Shown here: positions 9,943-19,347 of the stretch, in pieces | Numbering within the stretch: position 1 is the stretch's first letter | How the letters are laid out: the number at the start of each line of letters is the position of its first letter | Assembly (NCBI GenBank): GCA_001464715.1 | Contig: LNDT01000025.1 | Location: 86,612-150,611 of the forward strand | Source: Bdellovibrionales bacterium Ga0074137 | GTDB taxonomy: Bacteria; Bdellovibrionota; Bdellovibrionia; Bdellovibrionales; JAMPXM01 | DNA length: 64,000 nucleotides | Reading direction: 5' to 3' | Made by a program: the position numbers and the translations under genes | The notes under the pieces: model-generated | What the model was told of the DNA's origin: nothing | What the model saw: the letters and a program-made list of their open reading frames with translations, nothing else | The model's database searches: none

Positions 9943-10886
9943 AAATCATCGGACACACCGAAGTTCGCGCGCGGCTTCGCGCAATGAAGGATCGCCTTCC
10001 GCCCTCACTTTTGTTTTCTGGCCCCGAGGGCATTGGTCGAAAGCTTGTGGCTTTGGAATTCGCGCGCGATGTGACGGGTGAAACGCGGTCTTTGGATCTG
10101 ACGCAATCCATGTCGCAAACGGAATCTTTGTTTTTCGTTTCTCCCGACGGCGCTTCGATCAAAATTGAACAGATTCGTGAAGCGCTTCATTTTCAAAGTC
10201 TTGCGCGCGATGGAAAGCCGTTATTTTTAATTTTCGATCAAGCGCATTTGATTGGGCCCCAAGCGGCGAACGCACTTTTGAAATCCGTCGAAGAGCCGCC
10301 GCCGGGCGTGCATTTTATTTTTATCACGCCGACACCTGCGTTGATGCTTCAGACGATTCGTTCGCGCTCGCAAGTGATCCGGTTTGCACCTCTTTCGGAC
10401 GACGAAGTTCGCGCCGTCGTAAAAGCGGCCGAGCCCGATTTGAAATTGGAAACGTGGACCGTTGAAATGGCTGGCGGTTCCGCAGGGCTTGCGATCGAGA
10501 TGTCTCGGGTCGGTGATGATGCGGCCGATGTTCGCCCCGTGATCGAACGCTTGGTCGATGCGTGTGGGCCCGATGGCGGAATGACTGAACGGACGGAAGC
10601 CTTGATCGGCGTGCGAGAAAATTTGAAAGATCGCGAGCGCCACGTGATGGCTTTACGTTTTTTGGTGCGCGAAATGAATTCCGCGTGGCGCTCAAAAGCC
10701 CGCGGCGAAAAACCGCTGTCGTGGCTTGGCTCGTTGCCGTTCGATTCTTTGGACGCCGCCACCGATCTCGCCCTCGAAGCCGAGGCCGACCTCTCTCGCA
10801 ACGTCGACCGCCAACTTTTGTGGGAGTCTTTTTCTTCGCGGCTTTCGCGCGTCTCACAAGCGATCGGGCGAGCACCAGCTTCGTAG
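9939..10886 (+). CDS. holB: DNA polymerase III delta-prime subunit
   Basis: LLFSGPEGIGRK Walker-A-like motif, ANALLKSVEEPP and QTIRSRSQ motifs, and its position after tmk. Confidence 0.8.
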   Translation: MKIIGHTEVRARLRAMKDRLPPSLLFSGPEGIGRKLVALEFARDVTGETRSLDLTQSMSQTESLFFVSPDGASIKIEQIREALHFQSLARDGKPLFLIFDQAHLIGPQAANALLKSVEEPPPGVHFIFITPTPALMLQTIRSRSQVIRFAPLSDDEVRAVVKAAEPDLKLETWTVEMAGGSAGLAIEMSRVGDDAADVRPVIERLVDACGPDGGMTERTEALIGVRENLKDRERHVMALRFLVREMNSAWRSKARGEKPLSWLGSLPFDSLDAATDLALEAEADLSRNVDRQLLWESFSSRLSRVSQAIGRAPAS

Positions 10887-11076
10887 CGCGCCCCGTTAGA
10901 CAAAATAGTAATTGTTTACATATAAAACTTTCTTTGGATGAATAGTCGCTGACTCTTTTTTAGAGCGGAGGCCGTGCGTGGTGGGGAAGTTTCAGCTTTT
11001 TTTGGATGGTATTGTTACGAAGTTTGGCTTTGGCGATTGGTTTTGCGATTGTGCCGTTCGGCTAAAACGCGGCCAA

Positions 11077-14000
11077 ATGGCGATACTATATTCAGTTTCC
11101 TTTTTGCTTGCCGCAACTCCATCAATGGCTTGTCACATTGATCCAGCTCAGCAAGCCTCCCTGGATTTTGCGAGCGAATCATGTATTAACGATTATGCCG
11201 GAGTTTGGGAGGGAACTTATTATTACAACTACGGCACTCCGTACATGAACTACACCTGTACCAATGGTGGTGGTGTCGTCAGCTATTTCACCGGTCTTCA
11301 CTGCCCGACGCGGCCAGTAGAACCGCCAACAAGTATGGCTCCATCACCGACAACGGCGAACAGCTGCCCAATAAAAGGTTCTGTCATTCGTCCCGAATCT
11401 CGGGTGATCGAAGAGAACATTTCTATTGCCGGTACAGGGTACACTCTTAACTACTCAAGCGATCGAGCGTTTGGCTATTCGTCCAATCGTTACAAGCACG
11501 TAAATACTTATGTTGGCGAGTGTTTAGCCTTACGAACTCGTCATGAGACGGGCGGTGGATCTCCTCTTCCGCCCGAGTGCCAGAGTCGCGATGTGCGAAT
11601 CGAAGTCGCAGGAAGAGTCTTCAACCCGACGGTCGTCAACAGTAACCCAGCAGGTTATCAGTTCTTTTGGGATGGACTCGATGCCAGCGGAAACTTCACT
11701 TCTGGTTCGGGTCTTGCGAAATTCACCATCACCGACATTCCGGCCGATGTGAATGAAGTCCCAGCGACTTACTCTCAGCCCATCGGTTCGTTTTACTCAA
11801 TCATAATAGGTCTTGGCGGCTGGACGATTTCTCCGGTTCATTTTTATGATGTTCATCAAGCGACAGTCTTTCGCGGCGATGGATCGAAATTCAAAACCCT
11901 TTCGGCGGCTCTTTCTGGCGGAACCTACTCTGTTCCATCTTCGGATGCGTCTGAAGTCTATGTTTTCGATTCAACAGGTCGGCACCTGCAGACGAAGACA
12001 GGAATTAAGGGCACCGTTATTTTGACGATGACTTACGTGGCAGGTAAAATTTCGACGATCACAGACGCATTCTCAAACGTGACGACTGTCAATTACATCT
12101 CTAATAAACCAGTTTCGATTGTTGGACCGTTTGGTCATACGACAACTCTCGCGACCGACGCGGATGGGTACTTGACTGCGGTTACAAGCCCATCGGCCGA
12201 AACATTTAACATGACCTACTATTCAGGCGCAGCGAAAGGTCTTCTTCAGAATTTTCAAAAGCCCAAAGGTATTGTCACCAGCCTAAGCTACGACAGTTTC
12301 GGTCTTCTCACCTATGATTCGAGTTCCGCTGGAAGTTCTTTATCACTTTTGTCGACATTCCCGGACGTCGTTGAAGCGACCTCAGATCTGGGAATCAAGA
12401 CGGAGTACCTTAGGTCGATAACCTCACTTGGTGCTACGACGCTTACGAAAACAGGCCCCGGTGCAATGAATAGCACCTTCACTCATTCAGTAACACCTGA
12501 TGGTATTTTGCAGTACATACAAGGCACGGACAACATCGGCGTAACTCTTTACGACAACAAGACCGCAGATCCTCGCTTCCCATCCGTTTTCGAAACAAAC
12601 AATTTTACGCAGCAAACGTCCAGTTATCTTCGTAGTTTTGCCGTCACAAAGGCGGCGACGTTAAGCAATCCGGATGATCCCTTCAGCGTTGTCGACTTGA
12701 CTGAAACTACCGTCTTGAATTCTTCAAAGACAACGACGTCGGCGTACCTTTCTTCGACGTCGAAGTTCACGAGGACTTCGCCGGTGGGTAGAAAGAACTA
12801 TGTGACGGTCGACTCCTTTGAGCGTCCGATCTCGACGCAGTTTGCGACCTACGCACCGGTCACCGTTTCCTACGATACGCGCGGACGCGTGTCGACGGTC
12901 GCACAAGGCACCTCGAGAACTTCGACCTTCACATATGACTCCAGCGGAAACCTACAGTCGATCACGAATCCGTTAAGCCAAACGAAGACTTTCGGCTACG
13001 ACTCTTCTGGGCGAGTGACGAGCGAAACTTTTCCAGATTCACGGGTGATCAGCTACGCCTATGATCTGAATGGAAACTTAGCTAGTGTGACTCCGCCAGG
13101 GGGCCTTGCGCACTCGTTTGTTTCGAATGGTTTCGATCTCATTGGGAAATACACAAGTCCCGCAGTGAGTTTCTTTGGAGTGGAAGTCCCGGCCAAGAAA
13201 GTATCATCAAAACTGGCTACGATTTATAATTCAGCTATCCAGTGGGCGGCCGAATTTTTGCGGACATTTTTACCGGAAGCTTCGTCGAAAGTTCGAAGGC
13301 TTCTTGTAAACCGCGACACGGACTATTTTTACGACAATGATAGAAAGCTGACTTCCGTTGTCCGGCCTGATGGTGCCACCGCGAGCTTCACATATAGTGC
13401 GACGTCAGGGCGCCTCGATGGAATCGTTACGCCCCTTGGTAACTACGTAATCAACCAGAATTCTTACTATAGCTATATAGATTCAGTCGTTTCGCCAGAT
13501 GGGGTTACTCAGACCTTTTCGCATGACGGCCCGTTCTTGATGAGCGCGATAAATTCTGGTGCAACATCGGGATCGGTTTATTTCACTTACAATAACGAGT
13601 TCCAGTTAGCCTCCTCAAAAGTCAATACAGCCACGACACTAAATTATGTCTACGACAATGATGGTCTTGTGACGACGGCAGGGAATCAAACGATCACCCG
13701 AAGCACAACGACGGGTTTTCCCACCAAGACGACCTTGTCGACTGCGAACGAAAATTACACGTACTCGACGTCGTTCGGGGAACTCGCCTCCATCCAAGGA
13801 AAGTACGGAACAACCACAAATATTTATCAGTCAGTTTTAACAAGAGATGATCTGTCTCGGATTGTTCAGAAAGTTGAAACGGTCGGCGTTCTGGCTTCGA
13901 ATACATACGCATACACCTTCGACTCTTCGGGAAGATTGACGACCGTTCTCAAAAACAGTGCGCCTCATTCTGCATATGTCTATGACTCGAATTCAAATCG

Positions 14001-15054
14001 CACGTCAGTCACTCGAAACGGGACGACTTTGACAGCGACATTTGATGAGCAAGACCGAATCGTGACGTTTGGAACAAAGACCTACGCCCACAACGATGCG
14101 GGCGAGGTGCTGTCGATCACAGACACGTCAACCGCGCCTTCGTCGGTAACCACTTACACGTACGATGTCTTTGGAAACTTGAAGTCGGTCAGTCTTCCGA
14201 ACAGCACCGTAATTTCATATGTGCTGGATGGTCAGAATCGTCGTGTAGGGAAGAAAGTCGGCGTCACTCTTCAGAAACAATTCGTTTGGTTCGATCAGCT
14301 TCGCCCGGCCGCAGAATTGAACGGAACCGGCGCGATCGTTTCACAATTTGTTTATGGCATTAAAGGCAATGTCCCTGACTACATCATAAAAGGTTCAGTT
14401 CGCTACAAGCTAATGACCGATCACTTAGGAAGTGTCGTAGCCGTCGTTCACTCAACCAACGGAACAGTCGCCCAAAGAATCGAGTACGACGAATTCGGCC
14501 GCGTCCTCAGCGACACAAGCCCCGGCTTCCAACCGTTTGGTTTCGCTGGTGGGATTTATGACAGTGACACGGGGTTAGTGCTGTTCGGTGCCAGAACCTA
14601 CGATGCCGAAACGGGACGGTGGTTGAGTAAGGATCCGATTCTATTCGCCGGGGGCGATACGAACCTCTACGGGTACGTGATGAACGACCCAATAAATTTG
14701 GTAGATCCGAGCGGATTGAGCCAGAAAGAAGTAGATTTTGCGATGGGATGGATTCGGCGAAATCGACCGGACCTGGTCAAAGGTATTGGTGGGGTGAAAG
14801 CGACGGCGACGAATTTGCTGCCAAGCGGAACCACTGGTTTTACCCTACCGGGGCGCATACTGATCGACTCAGCTGCTTCTGATAATCAGAGTAATGCGAT
14901 TTATCTAGTAGCCCACGAACTGCAACACGCTCAAAGGGGAGTGTTGAATACAATACTTTTCCAAACTCAGGCGGAGCATGATTCAATCTATACAAACGCT
15001 TTTCGGGTCCAAGACCTTTATGATTCGCAGCAGTCGAATCCGAGTTGTCGATGA
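11077..15054 (+). CDS. Rhs/YD-repeat polymorphic toxin with a signal peptide and an HExxH (metallopeptidase-like) C-terminal toxin domain
   Basis: Many YD-type repeats (YDSSGNL, YAYDLNGNL, YTYDVFGNL). The Rhs core end is [43 protein letters not shown], followed by a ~112-aa tip containing VAHELQHA. The ATG at 11077 gives the signal-like MAILYSVSFLLAATPSMA; the ORF is open from GTG at 10978. Confidence 0.85.
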   Translation: MAILYSVSFLLAATPSMACHIDPAQQASLDFASESCINDYAGVWEGTYYYNYGTPYMNYTCTNGGGVVSYFTGLHCPTRPVEPPTSMAPSPTTANSCPIKGSVIRPESRVIEENISIAGTGYTLNYSSDRAFGYSSNRYKHVNTYVGECLALRTRHETGGGSPLPPECQSRDVRIEVAGRVFNPTVVNSNPAGYQFFWDGLDASGNFTSGSGLAKFTITDIPADVNEVPATYSQPIGSFYSIIIGLGGWTISPVHFYDVHQATVFRGDGSKFKTLSAALSGGTYSVPSSDASEVYVFDSTGRHLQTKTGIKGTVILTMTYVAGKISTITDAFSNVTTVNYISNKPVSIVGPFGHTTTLATDADGYLTAVTSPSAETFNMTYYSGAAKGLLQNFQKPKGIVTSLSYDSFGLLTYDSSSAGSSLSLLSTFPDVVEATSDLGIKTEYLRSITSLGATTLTKTGPGAMNSTFTHSVTPDGILQYIQGTDNIGVTLYDNKTADPRFPSVFETNNFTQQTSSYLRSFAVTKAATLSNPDDPFSVVDLTETTVLNSSKTTTSAYLSSTSKFTRTSPVGRKNYVTVDSFERPISTQFATYAPVTVSYDTRGRVSTVAQGTSRTSTFTYDSSGNLQSITNPLSQTKTFGYDSSGRVTSETFPDSRVISYAYDLNGNLASVTPPGGLAHSFVSNGFDLIGKYTSPAVSFFGVEVPAKKVSSKLATIYNSAIQWAAEFLRTFLPEASSKVRRLLVNRDTDYFYDNDRKLTSVVRPDGATASFTYSATSGRLDGIVTPLGNYVINQNSYYSYIDSVVSPDGVTQTFSHDGPFLMSAINSGATSGSVYFTYNNEFQLASSKVNTATTLNYVYDNDGLVTTAGNQTITRSTTTGFPTKTTLSTANENYTYSTSFGELASIQGKYGTTTNIYQSVLTRDDLSRIVQKVETVGVLASNTYAYTFDSSGRLTTVLKNSAPHSAYVYDSNSNRTSVTRNGTTLTATFDEQDRIVTFGTKTYAHNDAGEVLSITDTSTAPSSVTTYTYDVFGNLKSVSLPNSTVISYVLDGQNRRVGKKVGVTLQKQFVWFDQLRPAAELNGTGAIVSQFVYGIKGNVPDYIIKGSVRYKLMTDHLGSVVAVVHSTNGTVAQRIEYDEFGRVLSDTSPGFQPFGFAGGIYDSDTGLVLFGARTYDAETGRWLSKDPILFAGGDTNLYGYVMNDPINLVDPSGLSQKEVDFAMGWIRRNRPDLVKGIGGVKATATNLLPSGTTGFTLPGRILIDSAASDNQSNAIYLVAHELQHAQRGVLNTILFQTQAEHDSIYTNAFRVQDLYDSQQSNPSCR

Positions 15055-15368
15055 TGATGAACAAGATATTTGTATTCCAACGAATTGTGTTTCCAATCGT
15101 GATCCTGCTTTTCCTTAAGTCTATCGCTCCCGTGAAGTTGGCCATCGAGGGATTGATGAGAGCAGGATGTGTTGAGCAGTGCGAAAGCAGTCGGCAGCTG
15201 TTATTCTCAGCGGTGGATGCCTTCAAATGGATTGGCATTCTTAGTGCGCTATTTCTCATCTCTTGCGCTGTCATGGAGGTTGTCTCGAATCGTAAGGCGC
15301 TGGTCGCATGGCTAACTTTGGGACTCAATCTGATCGCGCTGATCGGTGCCGTAGTGTTGACTTGGTAG
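15051..15368 (+). CDS. small 3-TM membrane protein, candidate cognate immunity protein for the Rhs tip
   Basis: The ATG overlaps the Rhs stop (cgATGAtgatg). Three hydrophobic helices. Assigned from position only. Confidence 0.5.
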   Translation: MMMNKIFVFQRIVFPIVILLFLKSIAPVKLAIEGLMRAGCVEQCESSRQLLFSAVDAFKWIGILSALFLISCAVMEVVSNRKALVAWLTLGLNLIALIGAVVLTW

Positions 15369-15501
15369 CGTGCACTTTGGCGATTTAAGTTTTACTCGGG
15401 AAAAACGGACACGAGTTCAAAATTGATTGCCAGAATTGTCGACGTGGCCGGAATTTCAATAGTTGTTCACGCGCTCTAGACCGAGCTGAATTGAGGCAAA
15501 T

Positions 15502-15699
15502 ATGAAGCGGCTGAATATTTTTTTCGAGGTCGTGGTTGTGCTGGCCTGGGGCGCATTTGTGGGGATGGGGGCCTCCCATCTAACACCTAGCGAAGTCGTG
15601 TTTGAGATAGCGGGGGTAATCTCCGGTTTGTCTTTTGGTATCCTGATTGCGTGGGGCATTCGCTTTCTCTCGCTTTCGCTTAAAGCCCAGGGACGATAG
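15502..15699 (+). CDS. small 2-TM membrane protein (possible extra/orphan immunity gene)
   Basis: 65-aa ORF with two clear hydrophobic segments. No homology evidence. Confidence 0.3.
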   Translation: MKRLNIFFEVVVVLAWGAFVGMGASHLTPSEVVFEIAGVISGLSFGILIAWGIRFLSLSLKAQGR

Positions 15700-15952
15700 C
15701 GCCGCAATCTGTGCCAGGCGATTTTTCGATAACAGCTGCGGGTCTCAGGCCCGCCATTCTTTACTGTCGGCGATCGACAAGAGCATGATTAAATTTTGAA
15801 TACGAAATCCCAGACTTCATCGCACCTTTGGCGTCCCGTTGCATGTTCGCAACGAGTCTTGAGGCGGCGAAGACGCCTCCGCATGCGATAAAAGATGAAA
15901 GTGCCATTCAAACTGCGAGTTCCAAAAGTTTCCCCATTTTAATCCTATCTCC

Positions 15953-15976
15953 AATTTTAACGGCCGGTTCGCGGCC
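15953..15976 (+). repeat. left copy of an imperfect direct repeat (candidate att site)
   Basis: aattttaacggccggttcgcggcc. It matches 21810-21835 (aattttCGaacggccggAtcgcggcc) with one 2-nt indel and one mismatch. Weaker similarity continues for about 50 nt. Confidence 0.4.
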
Positions 15977-16028
15977 GACTTATTCCTAAAAATTTCCGAA
16001 AAGTCTCGAAATCTGCATTTTCTGACGA

Positions 16029-17063
16029 TCAATTCCCCGTCTCTGGTACCCCTGAAACTTCAAAAAATTCAGCTCTCGAAACTTTAAAACGGCCGTAAAG
16101 TTCTTCAGTCATTCGAACGTGCTGATGACCCATGATCTTTTGAAGTTCGTTGATATCGCGCCCAGCTTTCAGAAAGTTGACGGCGAATGAATAGCGAAGG
16201 TCGCGGTAGACCCAGTCTTGTTCAATCTTCAGCTGCCGCTTTAAGATGCGAAGCTCACGAACGAGACAGTGCTTATACAAAGGGCGTCCTTCCAGGTTCG
16301 TAAAAACGTATTCGCTCAACTGTTCGAGGACTTTAAGTGCAGCGACTAGATTTTCAGAAATCGGCAGGATGCGAGTCTGAATCTTCTCACCATCTCGAAG
16401 AACAACTCTTGCCGCGCCAAAATCGAGGTCTCGCCATTTGAGCTCTAGAATGTCATGAGTTTTTGCGGCCGTTTCACACACGAGAAGCAAAATTGGATAG
16501 AGGTAACCTGGGCTCAGTCGTTTAGCTCCTTCAAGGGCTTCTTCGATTTGCTTTGGTTTTACCCAAATGTGTTTTCGTTTGTAGATCTTGCTTCGGCCCA
16601 TCGTGATTTTTGATTGAGGAGAATCCCCAATAATTCCTCGCGACGTCATCCATTTAAAGAAGCCTTGCAGCTGATATTTGCGCGTCGCGAGACTGTGGCT
16701 GGTGTAGTCGTATTCAAGCTTCTGGCGCTGGTAGAAGCTTCGCATCCCAAGCTCATCAATTTGCGAAGGGCGATAAATCGCAAATTGATTTAAAAAATCC
16801 CGAATCAACTGGGGACTTCGAATAAGCGAAGCATCTGGCACTTCTTCAGCGTACAAACCAAGAAGCTCTTCGACCGAATATTCCTTTAATGGCCGACGCT
16901 GTTCTTTGATTGGCTTCCACATGCGAAAACGGTTGTAAGCTTCCGTCGCTTTCCACTCTTCTTTAAACGTCTCGGCGATGCGTTCTCGTTTTAAAGAGTT
17001 GAAATAGGAAACGACGAATTCTCCGTTCGGCAAAGGGTAGTAGCGAATGTCGATTGGCTTCAT
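16029..17063 (-). CDS. tyrosine recombinase family protein, divergent active site
   Basis: C-terminal RDLRYSFAVNFL ... GHQHVRMTEELYGRF (box II with His and Tyr). Aligned to its neighbour, box I reads ETAAKTHD instead of TGARRSE. 4-nt overlap with the upstream recombinase gene. Confidence 0.8.
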   Translation of the reverse strand: MKPIDIRYYPLPNGEFVVSYFNSLKRERIAETFKEEWKATEAYNRFRMWKPIKEQRRPLKEYSVEELLGLYAEEVPDASLIRSPQLIRDFLNQFAIYRPSQIDELGMRSFYQRQKLEYDYTSHSLATRKYQLQGFFKWMTSRGIIGDSPQSKITMGRSKIYKRKHIWVKPKQIEEALEGAKRLSPGYLYPILLLVCETAAKTHDILELKWRDLDFGAARVVLRDGEKIQTRILPISENLVAALKVLEQLSEYVFTNLEGRPLYKHCLVRELRILKRQLKIEQDWVYRDLRYSFAVNFLKAGRDINELQKIMGHQHVRMTEELYGRFKVSRAEFFEVSGVPETGN

Positions 17064-18100
17064 ATTATCTCCGTTTCATTTTTTTCATAAGGGCATGCGT
17101 TTTCGATATCTTGGGCACCGATCTGCCCGTAGGTATCAACGGTCACGTCGATACTTCGGTGACCTAAGATGGCTTGGAGCTCATACATGTTCCCCTTCTG
17201 CTTTAGGAAGTTGTACGCGAACGAGTGGCGAAGTGAGTGTGGTCCCCAATGCTTTCCGATTGGGAATTGCTTTCTGAATCGCCTGAGATGTTTTCCGATG
17301 ATGTGTCGGGGCACCATCTCGCCATTATGGTAAGGCACAACGTGTTCGTGGCTATGGCTTGCGAGGAACTCTTCGAGAAAGACTTTGAGGCTTTTCGTGA
17401 TTCGGATGGATCGGTCTTCACCGTTTTTGGTCCGCCGGAAATGCACAAGACCAGTTTCAAAATCGACGTCGTGTCTTTTGAGTTTTAAAACCTCGCTTCG
17501 GCGGGCACCTGTGTAGGCCGCAATAAATAGAATCGGATAAAGCGTCTTCGGACTAAAGACTCTTACGCCGTCGAGAACCTTCATCACTTCGTCCACAGAT
17601 AGAACAACTCGCGGGCGTCGTGGCGGCGGCTTCCTGGCGAATCGCACTTTCATAAGAGGCGAATCTGAAATTACGCCCTCGTCTTCGAGATGAATGAAGA
17701 AGCTATTGAGCTCGGACTTAATTGTGTTGAGCGTTCGATCCGAAAGATCATTCTCTTCCTTGATTTTCTTAAACCACAACGAGAGTTCGGTTTTTCCAAC
17801 CTGGTTAAGGGGCCGTTTACCAAACGACTGACAAAAAGATTCAAAATGCTTCTTTCGATTTCGCACTCGCGAATTCGGAAACTGCTCCAGATAAATCTTC
17901 ATGTATTGTTCAATCGGCGTTTGGTTAAGGCTCTGCGGCCCTTTGGTTTGAAACTTAAGCTCGATGTCACTTCGGTAGCGTTTCGCTTCTACTTTCGATT
18001 CGAACTTTGTTCGTTTCCGCTTCTGTGTTGTTGGATCTTTGTAGCAGACGACGTGATGGCCATCTTTAAGCTGATAGATTTTAACTTTAAGAGAATTCAT
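17060..18100 (-). CDS. tyrosine recombinase / phage-type integrase
   Basis: Canonical YTGARRSEVLKL, HSLRHSFAYNFL and LGHRSIDVTVDTYGQI motifs. The ATG at 18100 lies 2 nt after the upstream stop; the ORF is open to 18139. Confidence 0.85.
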   Translation of the reverse strand: MNSLKVKIYQLKDGHHVVCYKDPTTQKRKRTKFESKVEAKRYRSDIELKFQTKGPQSLNQTPIEQYMKIYLEQFPNSRVRNRKKHFESFCQSFGKRPLNQVGKTELSLWFKKIKEENDLSDRTLNTIKSELNSFFIHLEDEGVISDSPLMKVRFARKPPPRRPRVVLSVDEVMKVLDGVRVFSPKTLYPILFIAAYTGARRSEVLKLKRHDVDFETGLVHFRRTKNGEDRSIRITKSLKVFLEEFLASHSHEHVVPYHNGEMVPRHIIGKHLRRFRKQFPIGKHWGPHSLRHSFAYNFLKQKGNMYELQAILGHRSIDVTVDTYGQIGAQDIENACPYEKNETEII

Positions 18101-18102
18101 AT

Positions 18103-19347
18103 CTAGAAACTCCCTTTGGCAGACTTCGATTCGGTCCAAGCCTTTAGTTTTTGACGGTCGACCACGAACTTTTTCTTTAAGCCAACGTTCAATGACGGAA
18201 ACGTCGGATCCGTTTTGACGAGGCTATAGATCGTCCAAGTTGAAACTCTCATCATTTTTGCGACCTCCTTAATTGTGATGAATCCGTTATTAATTTCGGA
18301 TTCTTTATCGGCCGGCCTACAGTCCTCGAAATTCTCGAGCAACGGTTGACACGGCCGGGTCGTTTCTTTGACGGCCGTGTCAGCGAGCTCTGTTAGTTCA
18401 ATCGATCCAACGGTTGGTCCGCGATGCTTTGGGTACGGAATGTTCTGAAGCTCAGGATGCAGTGTCTTGAATTTCGCCAAGAGATTCTTTGTTTCTTTTT
18501 TGTCGAGGCCAGCGAAGGAAGCATATTTGTGTTTTGGTTCGACCATTCGCATTTTGCAAAGGGCCTTGTGGCTTTTCGCGTGGAGCTTGATGGCTTCCGC
18601 TGTTTTATCTGGAATCGCCGACCAATTGACGACGCGGTTTCCGTTACCATTGAATCCATCCCAATGGTGACGCCACTGGATTCCGAGTTCGCGACAATAT
18701 CTTTTGATCTGACTCGTTTGGCGAAACTGTCGGTCCGTAAACCAACCGAGGTCTGGGTAATTGGCATCGAAGTACTCGTACCTGGTTCCCGAGTTTTGCC
18801 CGAGGTAAATGAAGTTGCACGCTTGGTAGATCGTGCCGAGCTCTCTGGCTGCGACGTCACCGTAGGCGGTAAAAATGCGAAAGCCTGTGTTCTTCACCAT
18901 CCATCGAATTGAAAACATGATGAGTGCGGAAGCCAAATTCTTCGGCGACCACGAGATACATGCACCGCGACTAATGAGCTTTTCTAGGTTTCGGTCTTCT
19001 TCGCCCAATAGGTTCGAGAAACTGTTTGGCGTCGCCATGACGATGACCCCGGCTAACTGACCCCTGTAGGTCGCAATGAAGCGGTGGGTGGGTCTGTTGG
19101 GCATTTTGCCGAGCCATTCGTGACGCCGAATGAACTGAACGATCTCCATCCATCTTTGGAATTCAGTTTTCGGGACGTAAGAAAACTCGAAGTCGCCGAC
19201 TCGAAGCTTCTCGGCGTCCTCTTTCGTAAGTCCTGCGGCTTTTAAATCCTCTTCTAGGTTCTTGAGTCGGATCTCATACTGCCAGCAGTGACCAGCTGAA
19301 TAATCGTCTGTTGGACGAGAGACGGGTTGAGGAATAAGGTCTTCCAT
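18103..19347 (-). CDS. fusion protein: Mom-like GNAT-fold domain (N-terminal) plus Xis/AlpA-type HTH (C-terminal)
   Basis: The N-terminal half has HEWLGKMP, AGVIVMATP and RIFTAYGDVAARELGTIYQACNFIYLG. This resembles the Mom-family pattern SYAD..GH.G.IYQA.NW.Y.G. The C-terminus, ITIKEVAKMMRVSTWTIYSLVK...FVVDRQKLKAWT, is a typical excisionase-type HTH. It is the first gene of an operon with both recombinases. The CDS itself is confident; the domain call is motif-level. Confidence 0.45.
   Translation of the reverse strand: MEDLIPQPVSRPTDDYSAGHCWQYEIRLKNLEEDLKAAGLTKEDAEKLRVGDFEFSYVPKTEFQRWMEIVQFIRRHEWLGKMPNRPTHRFIATYRGQLAGVIVMATPNSFSNLLGEEDRNLEKLISRGACISWSPKNLASALIMFSIRWMVKNTGFRIFTAYGDVAARELGTIYQACNFIYLGQNSGTRYEYFDANYPDLGWFTDRQFRQTSQIKRYCRELGIQWRHHWDGFNGNGNRVVNWSAIPDKTAEAIKLHAKSHKALCKMRMVEPKHKYASFAGLDKKETKNLLAKFKTLHPELQNIPYPKHRGPTVGSIELTELADTAVKETTRPCQPLLENFEDCRPADKESEINNGFITIKEVAKMMRVSTWTIYSLVKTDPTFPSLNVGLKKKFVVDRQKLKAWTESKSAKGSF

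Noticed and set aside
10324-10903. Two ~183-aa minus-strand ORFs
   Set aside because: Both are antisense to holB and Arg/Ser-rich. The holB motifs on the plus strand explain the region.
10978-15054. T6SS-delivered Rhs effector
   Set aside because: There is no PAAR/VgrG/DUF4150-type N-terminal domain and no T6SS genes in the window. The N-terminus looks like a Sec signal, so T6SS delivery is unsupported here.
15700-16030. tRNA gene as the integration target of the recombinase element (also searched 19350-19880 and 21800-21950)
   Set aside because: The repeat core cggcc-GGTTCGC-ggccg superficially resembles a T-arm. However, the loop is not TTCRANN, and no acceptor, D, or anticodon arms can be built from the neighbouring sequence.
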